From: an uncultured bacterium
Lineage (GTDB): Bacteria > Bacillota_I > Bacilli_A > RF39 > UBA660
DNA length: 64,000 nucleotides
Direction: 5' to 3'
NCBI GenBank assembly: GCA_949284575.1
Contig: CASDWO010000061.1
Coordinates: forward strand, 16,924-80,923
Part shown: positions 20,497 to 31,037 of the stretch, one piece after another
How the letters are laid out: each line of letters starts with the position of its first letter
How positions within the stretch are numbered: position 1 is the first letter of the stretch
Position numbers and translations under genes: made by a program
The notes under the pieces: model-generated
The model's input: the letters and a program-made list of their open reading frames with translations, nothing else
Told to the model about the DNA's origin: nothing
Databases searched by the model: none

Positions 20497-21005
20497 TATC
20501 CTAAAATCTCCTCTTCTGTTTTACCACGAAGCTTAGCAACTTCTTCAATTGTTCTAATACTCTTTAGACCATTAATAGTAGCTGTAGCCATATTAAGTTT
20601 AGTTCTAGCTCCTAGAGATTTAGAAACAACATCACGAACACCAGCTAATTCCAAAACAGCTCTAATACTACCACCAGCAATGATTCCAGTACCTTCACTA
20701 GCTGGGCGTAGTAATACTTTAGCAGCACCACTAGTACCTATAACTTCATGAGCAATAGTTCTTCCATCAATTAATTTAATAGTAATCATATTTTTATTAG
20801 CATCTTGAATAGCTTTTTTAATAGCATCTGGTACTTCAAATGCTTTACCAGTACCGATACCTACATGTCCTTTACGATCTCCAACAACTACAACTGCTAA
20901 AAAACGACGTTGACGTCCACCTTTAGTAACTTTAACTACACTTTTAAGTTGAACGACTAGTTCTTCAAGTTGTTTTTCTTTGGCATCGTTTGTTTGTTTT
21001 TGCAT
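20496..21005 (-). CDS. rpsE: 30S ribosomal protein S5
   Basis: [15 protein letters not shown]. Confidence 0.98.
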   Translation of the reverse strand: MQKQTNDAKEKQLEELVVQLKSVVKVTKGGRQRRFLAVVVVGDRKGHVGIGTGKAFEVPDAIKKAIQDANKNMITIKLIDGRTIAHEVIGTSGAAKVLLRPASEGTGIIAGGSIRAVLELAGVRDVVSKSLGARTKLNMATATINGLKSIRTIEEVAKLRGKTEEEILG

Positions 21006-21016
21006 ATTTACCCTCC

Positions 21017-21379
21017 TTAGAACTCTAGTCCATTTTCACGTGCAGCATCAGCTAATGCTTTAACACGTCCATGATAAAGATAGCCACCTCTATCAAAAAC
21101 TACTTTGTTAATGCCAGCTTCACTACATTTTTTAGCAATACTAGCACCAACTTTGGCAGCTGCTTCAATATTTGATTTGTTTTTTAAATTTAAATCTTTA
21201 TCTCTAGAAGAAGCAGATACTAAAGTAGTAGCACTCTCATCATCAATAACTTGAGCATAAATTGCTGTATTTGATCTAAATACATTAAGTCTTGGAACAG
21301 CACTAGTTCCACTTAGATGAGTTCTAATTCTAGCATGACGTACTTCACGCATACTATTTCTTGACTTTTTATTAATCAT
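21017..21379 (-). CDS. rplR: 50S ribosomal protein L18
   Basis: [15 protein letters not shown]. Confidence 0.98.
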   Translation of the reverse strand: MINKKSRNSMREVRHARIRTHLSGTSAVPRLNVFRSNTAIYAQVIDDESATTLVSASSRDKDLNLKNKSNIEAAAKVGASIAKKCSEAGINKVVFDRGGYLYHGRVKALADAARENGLEF

Positions 21380-21402
21380 AACTTTCTCTCCTTCCTACTA
21401 GC

Positions 21403-21933
21403 TTAAGCAGCTTTCTTTCCTTCTTTACGTCTAATATGTTCATCCTTATAACGGATACCTTTACCTTTATATGGTTCTGGGCGGCGTACTTTACGTATAT
21501 TAGCCGCAAATTCTCCAACTAAGGCTTTATCTATACCTTTAACAGTTATTTCTGTATTAGACGCTGCTTCTACAGTAAGCCCTTCAGGTACAGTCATTTC
21601 TACAGGATGAGAGTAACCAGCATTAATAGTTAGTTTTTTACCACTTACATTGAAACGATAACCAACACCTACTATTTCTAGTCCTTTTTCATATCCTTTA
21701 GTTACACCTGTAATCATATTTTGAAGAAGTGCATTCATTGTTCCATGCATTGCTTTTACTGCGTCGCTTACTCTTGTTAATGTAATTTCATTATCTTTTT
21801 GAGTCATGCTAATACCTTTTAGCATTTTTTGGCTCAAGCTTCCCTTTGGGCCAGTAACTGTTACAATACCATTTTCTTCTTTAACTGTTACTCCTGCGGG
21901 AACTTCAATTTTACGATTTCCAATACGGCTCAT
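21403..21933 (-). CDS. rplF: 50S ribosomal protein L6
   Basis: MSRIG, PEPYKGKGIRY. Confidence 0.98.
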   Translation of the reverse strand: MSRIGNRKIEVPAGVTVKEENGIVTVTGPKGSLSQKMLKGISMTQKDNEITLTRVSDAVKAMHGTMNALLQNMITGVTKGYEKGLEIVGVGYRFNVSGKKLTINAGYSHPVEMTVPEGLTVEAASNTEITVKGIDKALVGEFAANIRKVRRPEPYKGKGIRYKDEHIRRKEGKKAA

Positions 21934-21949
21934 TTAAAAACACCTCCTT

Positions 21950-22351
21950 TTACCAAACATAAGCTAGAACTTCGCCACCAAGTTTCATTTTTCTTGCTTC
22001 TTTATCTGTCATAATTCCTTTAGATGTAGAAATAATTGCAATTCCTAGTCCATTTAAAACTCTTGGAACTTCATCATTTTTAGCATATACTCTAAGTCCT
22101 GGTTTAGAAATTCTCTTTAAGCCTGTTATTACTCTTTCTTTATTTTCACCATATTTTAATGTTAAAACAATTATGTTTTGTACACCATCTTTTTCTGTTT
22201 TATAATCTTTAATAAATCCTTCTTCTTTTAAAATTCTTGCAATCTCTAATTTTAATTTTGATGAAGGAACTTTTACTTCTTCATAACGCATAGCATTAGC
22301 ATTACGAATACGAGTTAACATATCTGCAATTGTATCTGTAACTACAGCCAT
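21950..22351 (-). CDS. rpsH: 30S ribosomal protein S8
   Basis: [17 protein letters not shown]. Confidence 0.98.
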   Translation of the reverse strand: MAVVTDTIADMLTRIRNANAMRYEEVKVPSSKLKLEIARILKEEGFIKDYKTEKDGVQNIIVLTLKYGENKERVITGLKRISKPGLRVYAKNDEVPRVLNGLGIAIISTSKGIMTDKEARKMKLGGEVLAYVW

Positions 22352-22378
22352 CTTTTTTCCTCCTTTTCTACCAGTTTT

Positions 22379-22564
22379 CTACCAACTTGATTTTTTTACG
22401 CCTGGTATTTGTCCTTTATAAGCCAATTCACGGAAGCAAATACGGCAGATTCCAAATTTGCTCATTACGGCGTGAGGTCTGCCACAACGTGCACAACGAG
22501 TGTATTCACGTACTTTGTATTTTGGCTTTCTACTTTGTTTTACAACCATACTTTTTCTTGCCAT
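22379..22564 (-). CDS. rpsZ: 30S ribosomal protein S14 type Z
   Basis: CARCGR...CRICFR. Confidence 0.97.
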   Translation of the reverse strand: MARKSMVVKQSRKPKYKVREYTRCARCGRPHAVMSKFGICRICFRELAYKGQIPGVKKSSW

Positions 22565-22577
22565 CTTTTACCCTCCA

Positions 22578-23126
22578 TTACTTTCTAAAAGGAATGCCTA
22601 GACCTTTTAATAAGTCATATGCTTCTTCATTAGTTTTAGCAGTTGTAACGAATATAATATCCATACCACGTACTTTTACAATTTCATCATAGTTTATTTC
22701 ACTAAAGATTAATTGTTCTTTAATACCTAATGTATAATTACCACGACCATCGAAAGATTTAGGATTAACTCCTCTAAAATCACGAACTTGTGGAAGTGAG
22801 ATAGAAATTAGTTTATCAACAAAGTTATACATATTATCGCCTCTAAGGGTTACTTTACAACCAATCTTTTGACCTTCTCTTATTTTAAAACCAGCGATAG
22901 ATTTTTTTGCTTTTGTTACTACAGGTTTTTGACCAGAGATCTTTTCAAGATCTGCTACAGCAGCATCTAATAGTTTAGAGTTTGTAGTAGCATCTCCTAC
23001 ACCCATATTAATAACAACTTTTTCTAATTTAGGTACTTCCATAATAGATTTATAGTTATATTTTTCCATTAAACTTGGAACTACTTCAGTTAGATATTTA
23101 TCTTTTAAACGTAAGTTTTGACTCAT
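22578..23126 (-). CDS. rplE: 50S ribosomal protein L5
   Basis: [11 protein letters not shown]. Confidence 0.98.
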   Translation of the reverse strand: MSQNLRLKDKYLTEVVPSLMEKYNYKSIMEVPKLEKVVINMGVGDATTNSKLLDAAVADLEKISGQKPVVTKAKKSIAGFKIREGQKIGCKVTLRGDNMYNFVDKLISISLPQVRDFRGVNPKSFDGRGNYTLGIKEQLIFSEINYDEIVKVRGMDIIFVTTAKTNEEAYDLLKGLGIPFRK

Positions 23127-23142
23127 AATTTACCTCCTTCCA

Positions 23143-23451
23143 CTAATCAAGTACTTCTTTAGATTTAGTACTGATTCTAACTTTTTTACCATTTTTATCG
23201 ATTGTATGTGAAATTCTTGTTCCTTTTTTAGTCTTAGGATCAACAATCATAACATTTGAAGCATTAATTGGTGCTTCGATTTCCATAATTCCTCCAGCAT
23301 CATTACCAGTAGGTTTCTTATGTTTTTTTACAATGTGTACACCTTCAACAATAACTTTGTTTTCAGTTTTTAATGTCTTGATTATTTTTCCAGTTTTACC
23401 TTTATCAGAACCAGATTTTACAACAACCTTATCTCCTACTTTTAACTTCAT
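23143..23451 (-). CDS. rplX: 50S ribosomal protein L24
   Basis: GDKV, EAPINASNV. Confidence 0.97.
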   Translation of the reverse strand: MKLKVGDKVVVKSGSDKGKTGKIIKTLKTENKVIVEGVHIVKKHKKPTGNDAGGIMEIEAPINASNVMIVDPKTKKGTRISHTIDKNGKKVRISTKSKEVLD

Positions 23452-23462
23452 AACTTTCCTCC

Positions 23463-23831
23463 TTATAGTACTTCTTTTGCAAGACTTACTATTTTCATAT
23501 AATCTTTATCACGAAGTTCACGTGCTACTGGTCCAAAGACACGAGTGCCAACAGGACTCTTATCATCTTTGATAATTACACAAGCATTATCATCGAATTT
23601 TATGTAGCTACCATCTTCACGTCTTACACCTTTTTTGCTTCTAACGATTACGGCTTTAACTACTTTACCTTTTGGCATACTAGAATTTGGTATAGCATCT
23701 TTTACGGTTCCAACAACAACATCTCCGATATTTCCAGTTTTTACATGACTTCCACCTAAAACTCTAATTACTAATAATTCACGAGCTCCAGTGTTATCAG
23801 CTACTTTTAATCTACTTTCTTGTTGTAACAT
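23463..23831 (-). CDS. rplN: 50S ribosomal protein L14
   Basis: [19 protein letters not shown]. Confidence 0.98.
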   Translation of the reverse strand: MLQQESRLKVADNTGARELLVIRVLGGSHVKTGNIGDVVVGTVKDAIPNSSMPKGKVVKAVIVRSKKGVRREDGSYIKFDDNACVIIKDDKSPVGTRVFGPVARELRDKDYMKIVSLAKEVL

Positions 23832-23856
23832 AGATTATCCTCCTTTACCTTAAGAG

Positions 23857-24117
23857 TTATAGAATAACTGCTTCTTTTACGATTTCTTTTAAATAGAAAT
23901 GTTTAGTCTTAGAAATTGGTTTAGTTTCTACAATTCTAACAACATCTCCAACTTTTGCTTTGTTTGTTTCATCATGAACACTATATTTCTTAGAAGATTT
24001 TACTCTTTTATGATATAGTGGGTGCATTTTATGTGTTTCAACTAAAACAGTAATAGTTTTGTTGTTTTTAGCACTTATAACTTTACCAACTAATTCATGT
24101 ATTAATTTTTTCTCCAT
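23857..24117 (-). CDS. rpsQ: 30S ribosomal protein S17
   Basis: [20 protein letters not shown]. Confidence 0.97.
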   Translation of the reverse strand: MEKKLIHELVGKVISAKNNKTITVLVETHKMHPLYHKRVKSSKKYSVHDETNKAKVGDVVRIVETKPISKTKHFYLKEIVKEAVIL

Positions 24118-24129
24118 AAATTGTTCCTC

Positions 24130-24339
24130 CTACTCAGCTTTCATAGCATCTTTTGCTTCACGTTCTTTTAAAACGGTTTTTAGTCTTGCAACGGTGTGTC
24201 TTAATTCTCTAATGCGTGAAGGCTTTTCAAGGTTTCCCATAGCACTGTTTATTCTTAAGTTAAATAGTTCTTCTTTAGTTTCTTTTAACTTGTTGTTTAT
24301 TTCTTCAGTTGTTAGTTCTCTTATTTCTTTAACCTTCAT
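24130..24339 (-). CDS. rpmC: 50S ribosomal protein L29
   Basis: ELFNLR, VARLKT. Confidence 0.96.
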   Translation of the reverse strand: MKVKEIRELTTEEINNKLKETKEELFNLRINSAMGNLEKPSRIRELRHTVARLKTVLKEREAKDAMKAE

Positions 24340-24769
24340 TAGTAACACCTCCGTCTTTTGTGTCTTCTTTCTTTACAAATTTGCAAGTAATTGGTAATTT
24401 ATGACTAGCTAAACGTAGTGCTTCACGAGCTACACTTTCAGGAACTCCTGCTACTTCAAACATGATTTTACCTTCTTTAACTACTGCTACCCACTCTTCA
24501 ACGTTTCCTTTACCTTTTCCTTGACGAGTACCAATAGCTTTTTTAGTTAATGGCATATGTGGGAAAATATTGATCCATACTTTTCCACCACGTTTCATGT
24601 AACGAGTCATAGCGACACGTGCTGCTTCTATTTGATTAGCTGTAATCCAAGCTCCTTCTTTAGCTTGTAGGCCATATTCACCAAAATGCAATTCACGGTT
24701 ACCTCTCGATTTGCCTTCGTAAGGTAATCTATGAACACGACGATATTTTGTTCTTGATGGAATTAACAT
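24329..24769 (-). CDS. rplP: 50S ribosomal protein L16
   Basis: QIEAAR, GKGKG, HKLP. Confidence 0.98.
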   Translation of the reverse strand: MLIPSRTKYRRVHRLPYEGKSRGNRELHFGEYGLQAKEGAWITANQIEAARVAMTRYMKRGGKVWINIFPHMPLTKKAIGTRQGKGKGNVEEWVAVVKEGKIMFEVAGVPESVAREALRLASHKLPITCKFVKKEDTKDGGVTNEG

Positions 24770-24770
24770 C

Positions 24771-25460
24771 TTAATTACCTCCTTTAGCTTTACTTTCTTT
24801 ACTTACTTTCTTTTCTTTATTTTCTTTTTTTGATGAGAGAATTTCACCTTTATAAATCCATACTTTTACCCCAATTTTACCAAATGTTGTATCTGCTTCT
24901 GAAGTAGCATAATCAACATCAGCTCTTAAGGTATGTAGTGGGATAGTTCCTTCTGTATATCCTTCACTACGAGCCATATCAGCACCACCTAAACGTCCTG
25001 ATACTTTTGTTTTAATTCCTTTTGCTCCTGCTTTCATAGCATTTCTAATAGCACGTTTTTGAGCCATTCTAAATGAAGCTCTATTTGTAATTTGACTAGC
25101 TATAGAATCTGCTACTAACTGAGCATTTAGATCTGCTTTTTTAATATCAACGATTGATACTTGTACATTCTCACCAACGACTTTTGATAACTTATCCTTT
25201 AATTTTGTGATTTCTTCTCCACCACGACCAATGATTACACCTGGTTTTGATGTATGAATTGAAACTTCACATTTTTTAGGAGTTCTTTCTATTTCAACTT
25301 TGGCAATACCTGCATTTTTTAGATTTTTTTCGATATATTCTCTAATTTTGATATCGTTTACTAATACTTTAGAGAAGTCTTCTTTAGAAGCGTACCATTT
25401 AGCTTCCCAATCTTTATTGATGCCAAGTCTAAGTCCGTTTGGATTAACTTTTTGTCCCAT
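24771..25460 (-). CDS. rpsC: 30S ribosomal protein S3
   Basis: [18 protein letters not shown]. Confidence 0.98.
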   Translation of the reverse strand: MGQKVNPNGLRLGINKDWEAKWYASKEDFSKVLVNDIKIREYIEKNLKNAGIAKVEIERTPKKCEVSIHTSKPGVIIGRGGEEITKLKDKLSKVVGENVQVSIVDIKKADLNAQLVADSIASQITNRASFRMAQKRAIRNAMKAGAKGIKTKVSGRLGGADMARSEGYTEGTIPLHTLRADVDYATSEADTTFGKIGVKVWIYKGEILSSKKENKEKKVSKESKAKGGN

Positions 25461-25477
25461 CTATAGTTCCTCCTTAA

Positions 25478-25810
25478 TTATTTAGTAGCCACTACTATTA
25501 TAATGTGACTTGTTCTTTTATCTTTGTGTCCAATGTGACCACGTGAATCGAATAAAACTCTTTTCATAACTGGGCCAGCATCTACACGCGCTTCCTTTAC
25601 ATATAAATCTTCTTGGTTTAGTCCCTCGTTATTAACTGCATTGGCTAATGCTGATATTAAGACTTTCTTCGTAAGGATAGCGGCTTTTTTATTTGTATTT
25701 TCTAGAATTGCTAGAGCATCACTTACTTTTTTACCACGGATAGTATTTACTACTAAACGAGCTTTAATAGGTGATATTCTTTGCATTTTAGCGATAGCTT
25801 TTGCTTCCAT
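25478..25810 (-). CDS. rplV: 50S ribosomal protein L22
   Basis: RISPIKARLV, KRTSHI. Confidence 0.97.
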   Translation of the reverse strand: MEAKAIAKMQRISPIKARLVVNTIRGKKVSDALAILENTNKKAAILTKKVLISALANAVNNEGLNQEDLYVKEARVDAGPVMKRVLFDSRGHIGHKDKRTSHIIIVVATK

Positions 25811-25832
25811 ATTCTTATCCTCCTATAGTCTT

Positions 25833-26102
25833 TTACTTTTTCTTATCAGAACCATGTCCACCATTTTTACGGGTTAAGGCAAATTCACCTAATTTGTGTC
25901 CTACCATATCTTCAGTAACATAAACAGGGATAAATTCTTTACCGTTATGAACTGCAAAGGTATGTCCTACAAATTCAGGAAAAATAGTAGAACGGCGTGA
26001 CCAAGTTTTTATTACTTCTTTTTTTCCACTTTCATTTAATTTTTCAACCTTTGTTAATAATCTTTTGAAGACATAAGGTCCTTTTTTTAAACTTCTAGCC
26101 AT
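25833..26102 (-). CDS. rpsS: 30S ribosomal protein S19
   Basis: KTWSRRS, GHKLGEF. Confidence 0.98.
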   Translation of the reverse strand: MARSLKKGPYVFKRLLTKVEKLNESGKKEVIKTWSRRSTIFPEFVGHTFAVHNGKEFIPVYVTEDMVGHKLGEFALTRKNGGHGSDKKK

Positions 26103-26113
26103 GTTTTATCCTC

Positions 26114-26944
26114 CTATTTACTATTACGACGACGAACAATAAATTTATCAGTTCGTTTATTATTTCTTGTTTTATATCCAAGAGCAGGTTTACCCCAAGG
26201 TGTAACTGGTGCTTTACGTCCAACAGGAGCACGACCTTCACCACCACCATGTGGATGGTCATTAGGGTTCATAACAGAACCACGAACGGTAGGGCGAATA
26301 CCCATATGACGTTTACGTCCAGCTTTTCCTAATTTTACTAGACTAGAATCTTCATTTCCTACAACACCAATTGTAGCCATACAAGTTCCTAGTACTTTTC
26401 TTTGTTCTCCACTAGATAATCTAATCATTACATATTTACCTTCACGACCTAGTATTTGAGCACTAGTACCAGCACTTCTAGCTAGAGCAGCACCTTTTCC
26501 TGGGCGAAGTTCAATGTTATGAATAACTGTACCTACAGGAATATTCATAATAGGTAGAGCATTACCTACTTTTATATCAGCATTTTCGCCTGCTGTTATT
26601 TTATCTCCTACTTTTAAGCCTTTAGGAGCAATTATATATCTCTTTTCACCATCTAAATAGTTAATTAAAGCTATATTAGCTGTTCTATTTGGATCGTATT
26701 CTATACTTGCTACAACACCAGTAATATCATGTTTGTCTCTTTTAAAATCAATGATACGGTATTTTCTTTTAACACCGCCACCTTGATGACGTACTGTTAT
26801 TTTTCCTTGATTATTTCTTCCTGAGTTTTTCTTTAATGTTACAGTTAAGCTTTTCTCAGGAGTACTTTTTGTAATCTCTTCACCGACTAGAGTACTCATT
26901 TTTCTACGTCCTGGCGTAGTAGGTTTATAATTTCTAATAGCCAT
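26114..26944 (-). CDS. rplB: 50S ribosomal protein L2
   Basis: [13 protein letters not shown]. Confidence 0.99.
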   Translation of the reverse strand: MAIRNYKPTTPGRRKMSTLVGEEITKSTPEKSLTVTLKKNSGRNNQGKITVRHQGGGVKRKYRIIDFKRDKHDITGVVASIEYDPNRTANIALINYLDGEKRYIIAPKGLKVGDKITAGENADIKVGNALPIMNIPVGTVIHNIELRPGKGAALARSAGTSAQILGREGKYVMIRLSSGEQRKVLGTCMATIGVVGNEDSSLVKLGKAGRKRHMGIRPTVRGSVMNPNDHPHGGGEGRAPVGRKAPVTPWGKPALGYKTRNNKRTDKFIVRRRNSK

Positions 26945-26960
26945 ATTTTATTTCCTCCTT

Positions 26961-27242
26961 CTATGAAAGATCAATTTGTTCACCATCTTTTAGAGTTACA
27001 ATAGCTTTTTTATATCTATTAGTAAGTCCAGTATAGCGACCAACTCTTCTTTTCTTAGGTTTTACGTTTAATGTTCTTATTTGTTCAACATGTACTTTAA
27101 AAATCTTTTCAATAGCTTGTTTAATTTCTATTTTATTAGCTTTAGAAGAAACTTTAAATACATATTGGTTCTTTTCTCCTAATACACCACTTTTTTCTGT
27201 TATAACTGGAGCTTTAATTATTTCTAAATATTTAGTATCCAT
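26961..27242 (-). CDS. rplW: 50S ribosomal protein L23
   Basis: PVITEKS, YKKAIVTL. Confidence 0.97.
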   Translation of the reverse strand: MDTKYLEIIKAPVITEKSGVLGEKNQYVFKVSSKANKIEIKQAIEKIFKVHVEQIRTLNVKPKKRRVGRYTGLTNRYKKAIVTLKDGEQIDLS

Positions 27243-27868
27243 TATTTAAAAGCCTCCTCTGTTTTAGTTAATGCATCGTTTGTGAAAACTACAACATCTG
27301 AATTAACTAAGTCTAATACATTTAATTCATCAGTTGAAACTAAAGCTACATTAGCTAGATTTCTTGATGCTAAAATTACATTTTCTGTAAAGTCTGTTAC
27401 TACTAATAAAACTTTTTTATCAGCAATTTTTAAGTTGTTTAATAAAGTTACCATTTCTTTTGTTTTTGGAGTATTAAATACTAACTCTTCAAGAACCATA
27501 ACTTCATTATCATTAAATTTATGAGCTAAAGCACTTTGTAGCGCTAAGCGTCTTTCTTTACGATTTTGTTTTTTACTGTAATCTCTTGGTACTGGAGTTC
27601 CAAAACGTCCTCCACCTACCCATTGTACAGCTCTAATTGAACCTTGACGTGCATGTCCTGTTCCTTTTTGTCTCCAAGGTTTACGTCCTCCACCACTTAC
27701 TTCAGAACGATTTTTAGTAGAGTGTGTACCTTGTCTTAATGATGCTCTTGTTAAGATGATTGCATCATATAATACTTTATCGTTAGGGGTAATTCCAAAC
27801 ACTTCTTCATTTAATTTTAATTCTTTTATTACATCACCTTTAAGATTTAAAAGATTTACGTTTTTCAT
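27242..27868 (-). CDS. rplD: 50S ribosomal protein L4
   Basis: KPWRQKGTGHARQGS. Confidence 0.98.
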   Translation of the reverse strand: MKNVNLLNLKGDVIKELKLNEEVFGITPNDKVLYDAIILTRASLRQGTHSTKNRSEVSGGGRKPWRQKGTGHARQGSIRAVQWVGGGRFGTPVPRDYSKKQNRKERRLALQSALAHKFNDNEVMVLEELVFNTPKTKEMVTLLNNLKIADKKVLLVVTDFTENVILASRNLANVALVSTDELNVLDLVNSDVVVFTNDALTKTEEAFK

Positions 27869-27921
27869 ACTTTTTCCTCCTTTCACTACACTTTATCAAA
27901 TTTAATTATAGGTAGTGACGA

Positions 27922-28701
27922 TTATTCGTTTGTAGTTTCTGTAGTATCAGTATCAACTGTTGTCTCGTTAAGAGCTTCATCTTTAGCTTCTAGAGTATTT
28001 TCTTCTACTTCTAAAGCAGTTTCAGCTTCTTTCATATCTTCATAAGTGATTAATTCAGCTGGAGTATTTTTCTTATCTTTATTTTTTACAGCTGTTTTGA
28101 TAATTACTAAACCTTCTTTTGGTCCTGGTACATTACCTTTAATTAAAATTACGTTGTTTTCTAAGTCTACTGCTACTACTTCAAGATTTTGGACAGTAGC
28201 TGTTACATTACCCATTTGTCCTGGTAATTTCTTACCTTTTAATACGTGCATTGGTCTCATCGTTCCAAGAGATCCAACTCCACGATGATATTGTGAACCA
28301 TGTCCCATAGGTCCACGACTTCCGTTGTGACGTTTAATTACACCTTGGAAACCTTTACCTTTGCTGATTCCACTAACGTCTACAATTTCGCCAGCTTCAA
28401 AAATACTAGCATCTAATACTTGTCCTAAAGTGTAATCTGCTACATTAACGCCTTTTATTTCTCTTAAGAAGCGCTTAGGCTCAGTATTAGCTTTATTGGT
28501 ATGACCCATTTTAGGTTTGTTACTTACTTTTTCTCTAACTGTTTTGTAACCTAATTGAATAGCTTCATAACCATCTGTTTCATTAGTTTTTATTTGCGTA
28601 ACAACATTAGGTTCTACTTCTACTACAGTTACAGGAATAAGTTTGCCTTCAGCAGTGAATACTTGAGTCATTCCTTTTTTTGTACCTAAGATTCCTTTCA
28701 T
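27922..28701 (-). CDS. rplC: 50S ribosomal protein L3 with an acidic C-terminal extension
   Basis: [18 protein letters not shown]. Confidence 0.98.
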   Translation of the reverse strand: MKGILGTKKGMTQVFTAEGKLIPVTVVEVEPNVVTQIKTNETDGYEAIQLGYKTVREKVSNKPKMGHTNKANTEPKRFLREIKGVNVADYTLGQVLDASIFEAGEIVDVSGISKGKGFQGVIKRHNGSRGPMGHGSQYHRGVGSLGTMRPMHVLKGKKLPGQMGNVTATVQNLEVVAVDLENNVILIKGNVPGPKEGLVIIKTAVKNKDKKNTPAELITYEDMKEAETALEVEENTLEAKDEALNETTVDTDTTETTNE

Positions 28702-28719
28702 TTTAACTCCTCCTAATTA

Positions 28720-29031
28720 TTAAATAGTTTTGATTTTAATATCGACACCACTTGGTAAATCAAGATGTGCTAGAGCATCAATTGTTTCCTTACTTGGATT
28801 TTTAATATCAATTAATCTCTTGTGTGTACGCATTTCGAATTGTTCACGACTATCTTTATATTTGTGAACAGCTCTTAAAATTGTGAATTTTTCAATTTCT
28901 GTTGGTAGAGGTACAGGTCCAACTATATCTCCCCCACTTCTTTTAATTGTTTCAACAATTTTAGTTACAGCATTATCAAGAACTCTATGATCATATGCTT
29001 TTAACTTAATACGAACTTTTTGTGTTGACAT
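28720..29031 (-). CDS. rpsJ: 30S ribosomal protein S10
   Basis: [19 protein letters not shown]. Confidence 0.98.
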   Translation of the reverse strand: MSTQKVRIKLKAYDHRVLDNAVTKIVETIKRSGGDIVGPVPLPTEIEKFTILRAVHKYKDSREQFEMRTHKRLIDIKNPSKETIDALAHLDLPSGVDIKIKTI

Positions 29032-29039
29032 TATTTACG

Positions 29040-29152
29040 TCCTCCCTTCGCCTATATCTAGTATAGACTTGCTCCGTGTGAATAACCCGATAGCTAGTTA
29101 GCAACTTAACCTGGCGTATCGACAACCTCCCACATCTAAGCAGTCACACGTA
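29040..29152 (-). promoter_or_regulatory. S10-operon (rpsJ) leader RNA
   Basis: GC-richer structured 5' UTR (gggaggttgtcgatacgccagg...cggagcaagtctat...ataggcg) resembling the Bacilli rpsJ leader. Confidence 0.65.
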
Positions 29153-29213
29153 ATTAATATTATCATAGAAAACCCTAGAATACAAGCATTTTTTGAAGTT
29201 TTTTTAAGATTTT

Positions 29214-29242
29214 TTGACTGATATTATTAAAAATGATATACT
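29214..29242 (+). promoter_or_regulatory. Sigma-A promoter of the Fic gene
   Basis: TTGACT-17-TATACT with extended TG. Confidence 0.7.
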
Positions 29243-29266
29243 AGACCACAAAAAAGAGGTGTTGTT

Positions 29267-30088
29267 ATGAATAATGATGAAGCAAGATTCTTTATAAGTT
29301 CGATGATGGAAGGTTATAAGAAGAGAAAAGTAGAAAATAGACTCTATTCTGATGATGATTTCATTCCTGAAAATATTATTACTACTTATTATGATTTTGT
29401 TATTAAACCGGAGTTTTCTTTTGTTATTAATGAATATAAGAAACAATATGTTTTTAATGAAGCAAGAGTTGAAACTAATATTTCTAAAGAGGAAATAGCA
29501 GGATTGGGAACAGTTTATGATTATATTCAGTCTTTTGATTTTGACAAAGATTATTTTAATATTTTTACAACTTCTCTAATTTTACATCAGAAATTATATT
29601 CTAAATGCCCTAATCCTCATTTTGGCGGTACTTTAAGAGACTGTGATGCTATTCTATATGATTTACCTGTCGATGTACCTACTGCTAAAGTTGCTAAAGA
29701 AAGATTTAATCAGTATATAGCTACGTCTAATGATATTTTTATTCCGTTAGAAAGTGGTGATATATTTGAATATATTAATAATACTGTGTCTTTAACTGCA
29801 GATTTAATTTATTTACAACCTTTTGCAGATGGCAATAAAAGAACATTTAGAGCTTTACAAAATTTGTTATTTAAAAGAATTGATTTACCACCTGTCTATA
29901 TTGATGTTAGTGAAAGAGATGAATATAAAAAGAATTTGATTATAGCAATGACTGAAAATGATTATAACTCTTTGATTAGATTTTATTATTATAAAATATG
30001 TGATGCAATTATGAATTTAGATATTAATAGATCTAAAATAGCTGAAAATTCTCAACATAAAATAAAATCTTTAGGTGCTTTACATTAA
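29267..30088 (+). CDS. Fic/Doc family protein with a variant active-site loop
   Basis: LHQKLY, GGTLR, QPFADGNKRTFR. Confidence 0.85.
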   Translation: MNNDEARFFISSMMEGYKKRKVENRLYSDDDFIPENIITTYYDFVIKPEFSFVINEYKKQYVFNEARVETNISKEEIAGLGTVYDYIQSFDFDKDYFNIFTTSLILHQKLYSKCPNPHFGGTLRDCDAILYDLPVDVPTAKVAKERFNQYIATSNDIFIPLESGDIFEYINNTVSLTADLIYLQPFADGNKRTFRALQNLLFKRIDLPPVYIDVSERDEYKKNLIIAMTENDYNSLIRFYYYKICDAIMNLDINRSKIAENSQHKIKSLGALH

Positions 30089-30111
30089 TTTTATTAAGGA
30101 GATGATTATTC

Positions 30112-31005
30112 ATGGAAAAAATTATAGATTTACATATTCACAGTAATTTATCTGATGGAGAACTCTCTCCTAAAGAAATTATTGATAGAACAGTTAATAA
30201 TTTAGTTAGTGTTATAGCAATAGCAGATCATGATACAACTCTTGCTTACAATGATGAGTTATTTAATTATGCAAAAGAGAATAATGTTAAATTAATCACT
30301 GCTGTTGAAATTTCTACTAAAACTAACAAATGCGGGATTCATGTCTTGGGCTATAACTTTGATATTAATAATATAAAACTAAAAGAAAAGTTATATGCTA
30401 TACGTAATGCTAGGCATATTTATTTACATGATGTTGCTACTAAATTAAAAGAGTTTGGCTATGTCATTGATGTAGATACTTTAGATAAGATTGATGCAGT
30501 TACTAAAGCTCATATTGCTCTTAATATTGTAGAAAATATAGATAATAAGGAATTGCTATTAAAAACTTTTGGACATATCCCTAATAAGGGTGAGTTTATT
30601 GAAACAATAATGAATGAAGGATGTCCTTGTTATGTAGAAAAAAAGACTATTAGTCCTAAAGAAGCAAGTGAGTTGATAAGAGAAGCTGGCGGTAAAGTAG
30701 TGCTTGCTCATCCAGTAGCCTATAAATATGAAGATGGATTAACTGATGATGATATATTAAAGCTAGTTATGGAAATGAATCCTGATGGTATTGAAGCTAA
30801 TTACGTTTATTTAGACAGAAATGGTAATAAAATAAATGAAAGTACTCATTGGAATAACTTTGCTAAATGTCATAATCTAATAACGACAATAGGTTCTGAC
30901 TTTCATAAGAATGATGGTATTCACTCTGACATTGGTTTAGTTAATGAAGATATTAAATTAAATGAAAATGAAATTTACTCTATTATTGATAACCTTTTAA
31001 AATAA
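30112..31005 (+). CDS. PHP domain phosphoesterase (TrpH/YciV-like)
   Basis: DLHIHSNLSDG, ADHDT, LAHP, GSDFH. Confidence 0.92.
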   Translation: MEKIIDLHIHSNLSDGELSPKEIIDRTVNNLVSVIAIADHDTTLAYNDELFNYAKENNVKLITAVEISTKTNKCGIHVLGYNFDINNIKLKEKLYAIRNARHIYLHDVATKLKEFGYVIDVDTLDKIDAVTKAHIALNIVENIDNKELLLKTFGHIPNKGEFIETIMNEGCPCYVEKKTISPKEASELIREAGGKVVLAHPVAYKYEDGLTDDDILKLVMEMNPDGIEANYVYLDRNGNKINESTHWNNFAKCHNLITTIGSDFHKNDGIHSDIGLVNEDIKLNENEIYSIIDNLLK

Positions 31006-31036
31006 AGTTTTTCCACAAAAACTGTGCAAAAACTTT
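31004..31036. terminator. Palindrome between convergent genes containing a DnaA-box-like pair
   Basis: aaagtTTTTCCACA-aaaac-TGTGCAAAAacttt. Confidence 0.55.
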
Positions 31037-31037
31037 T

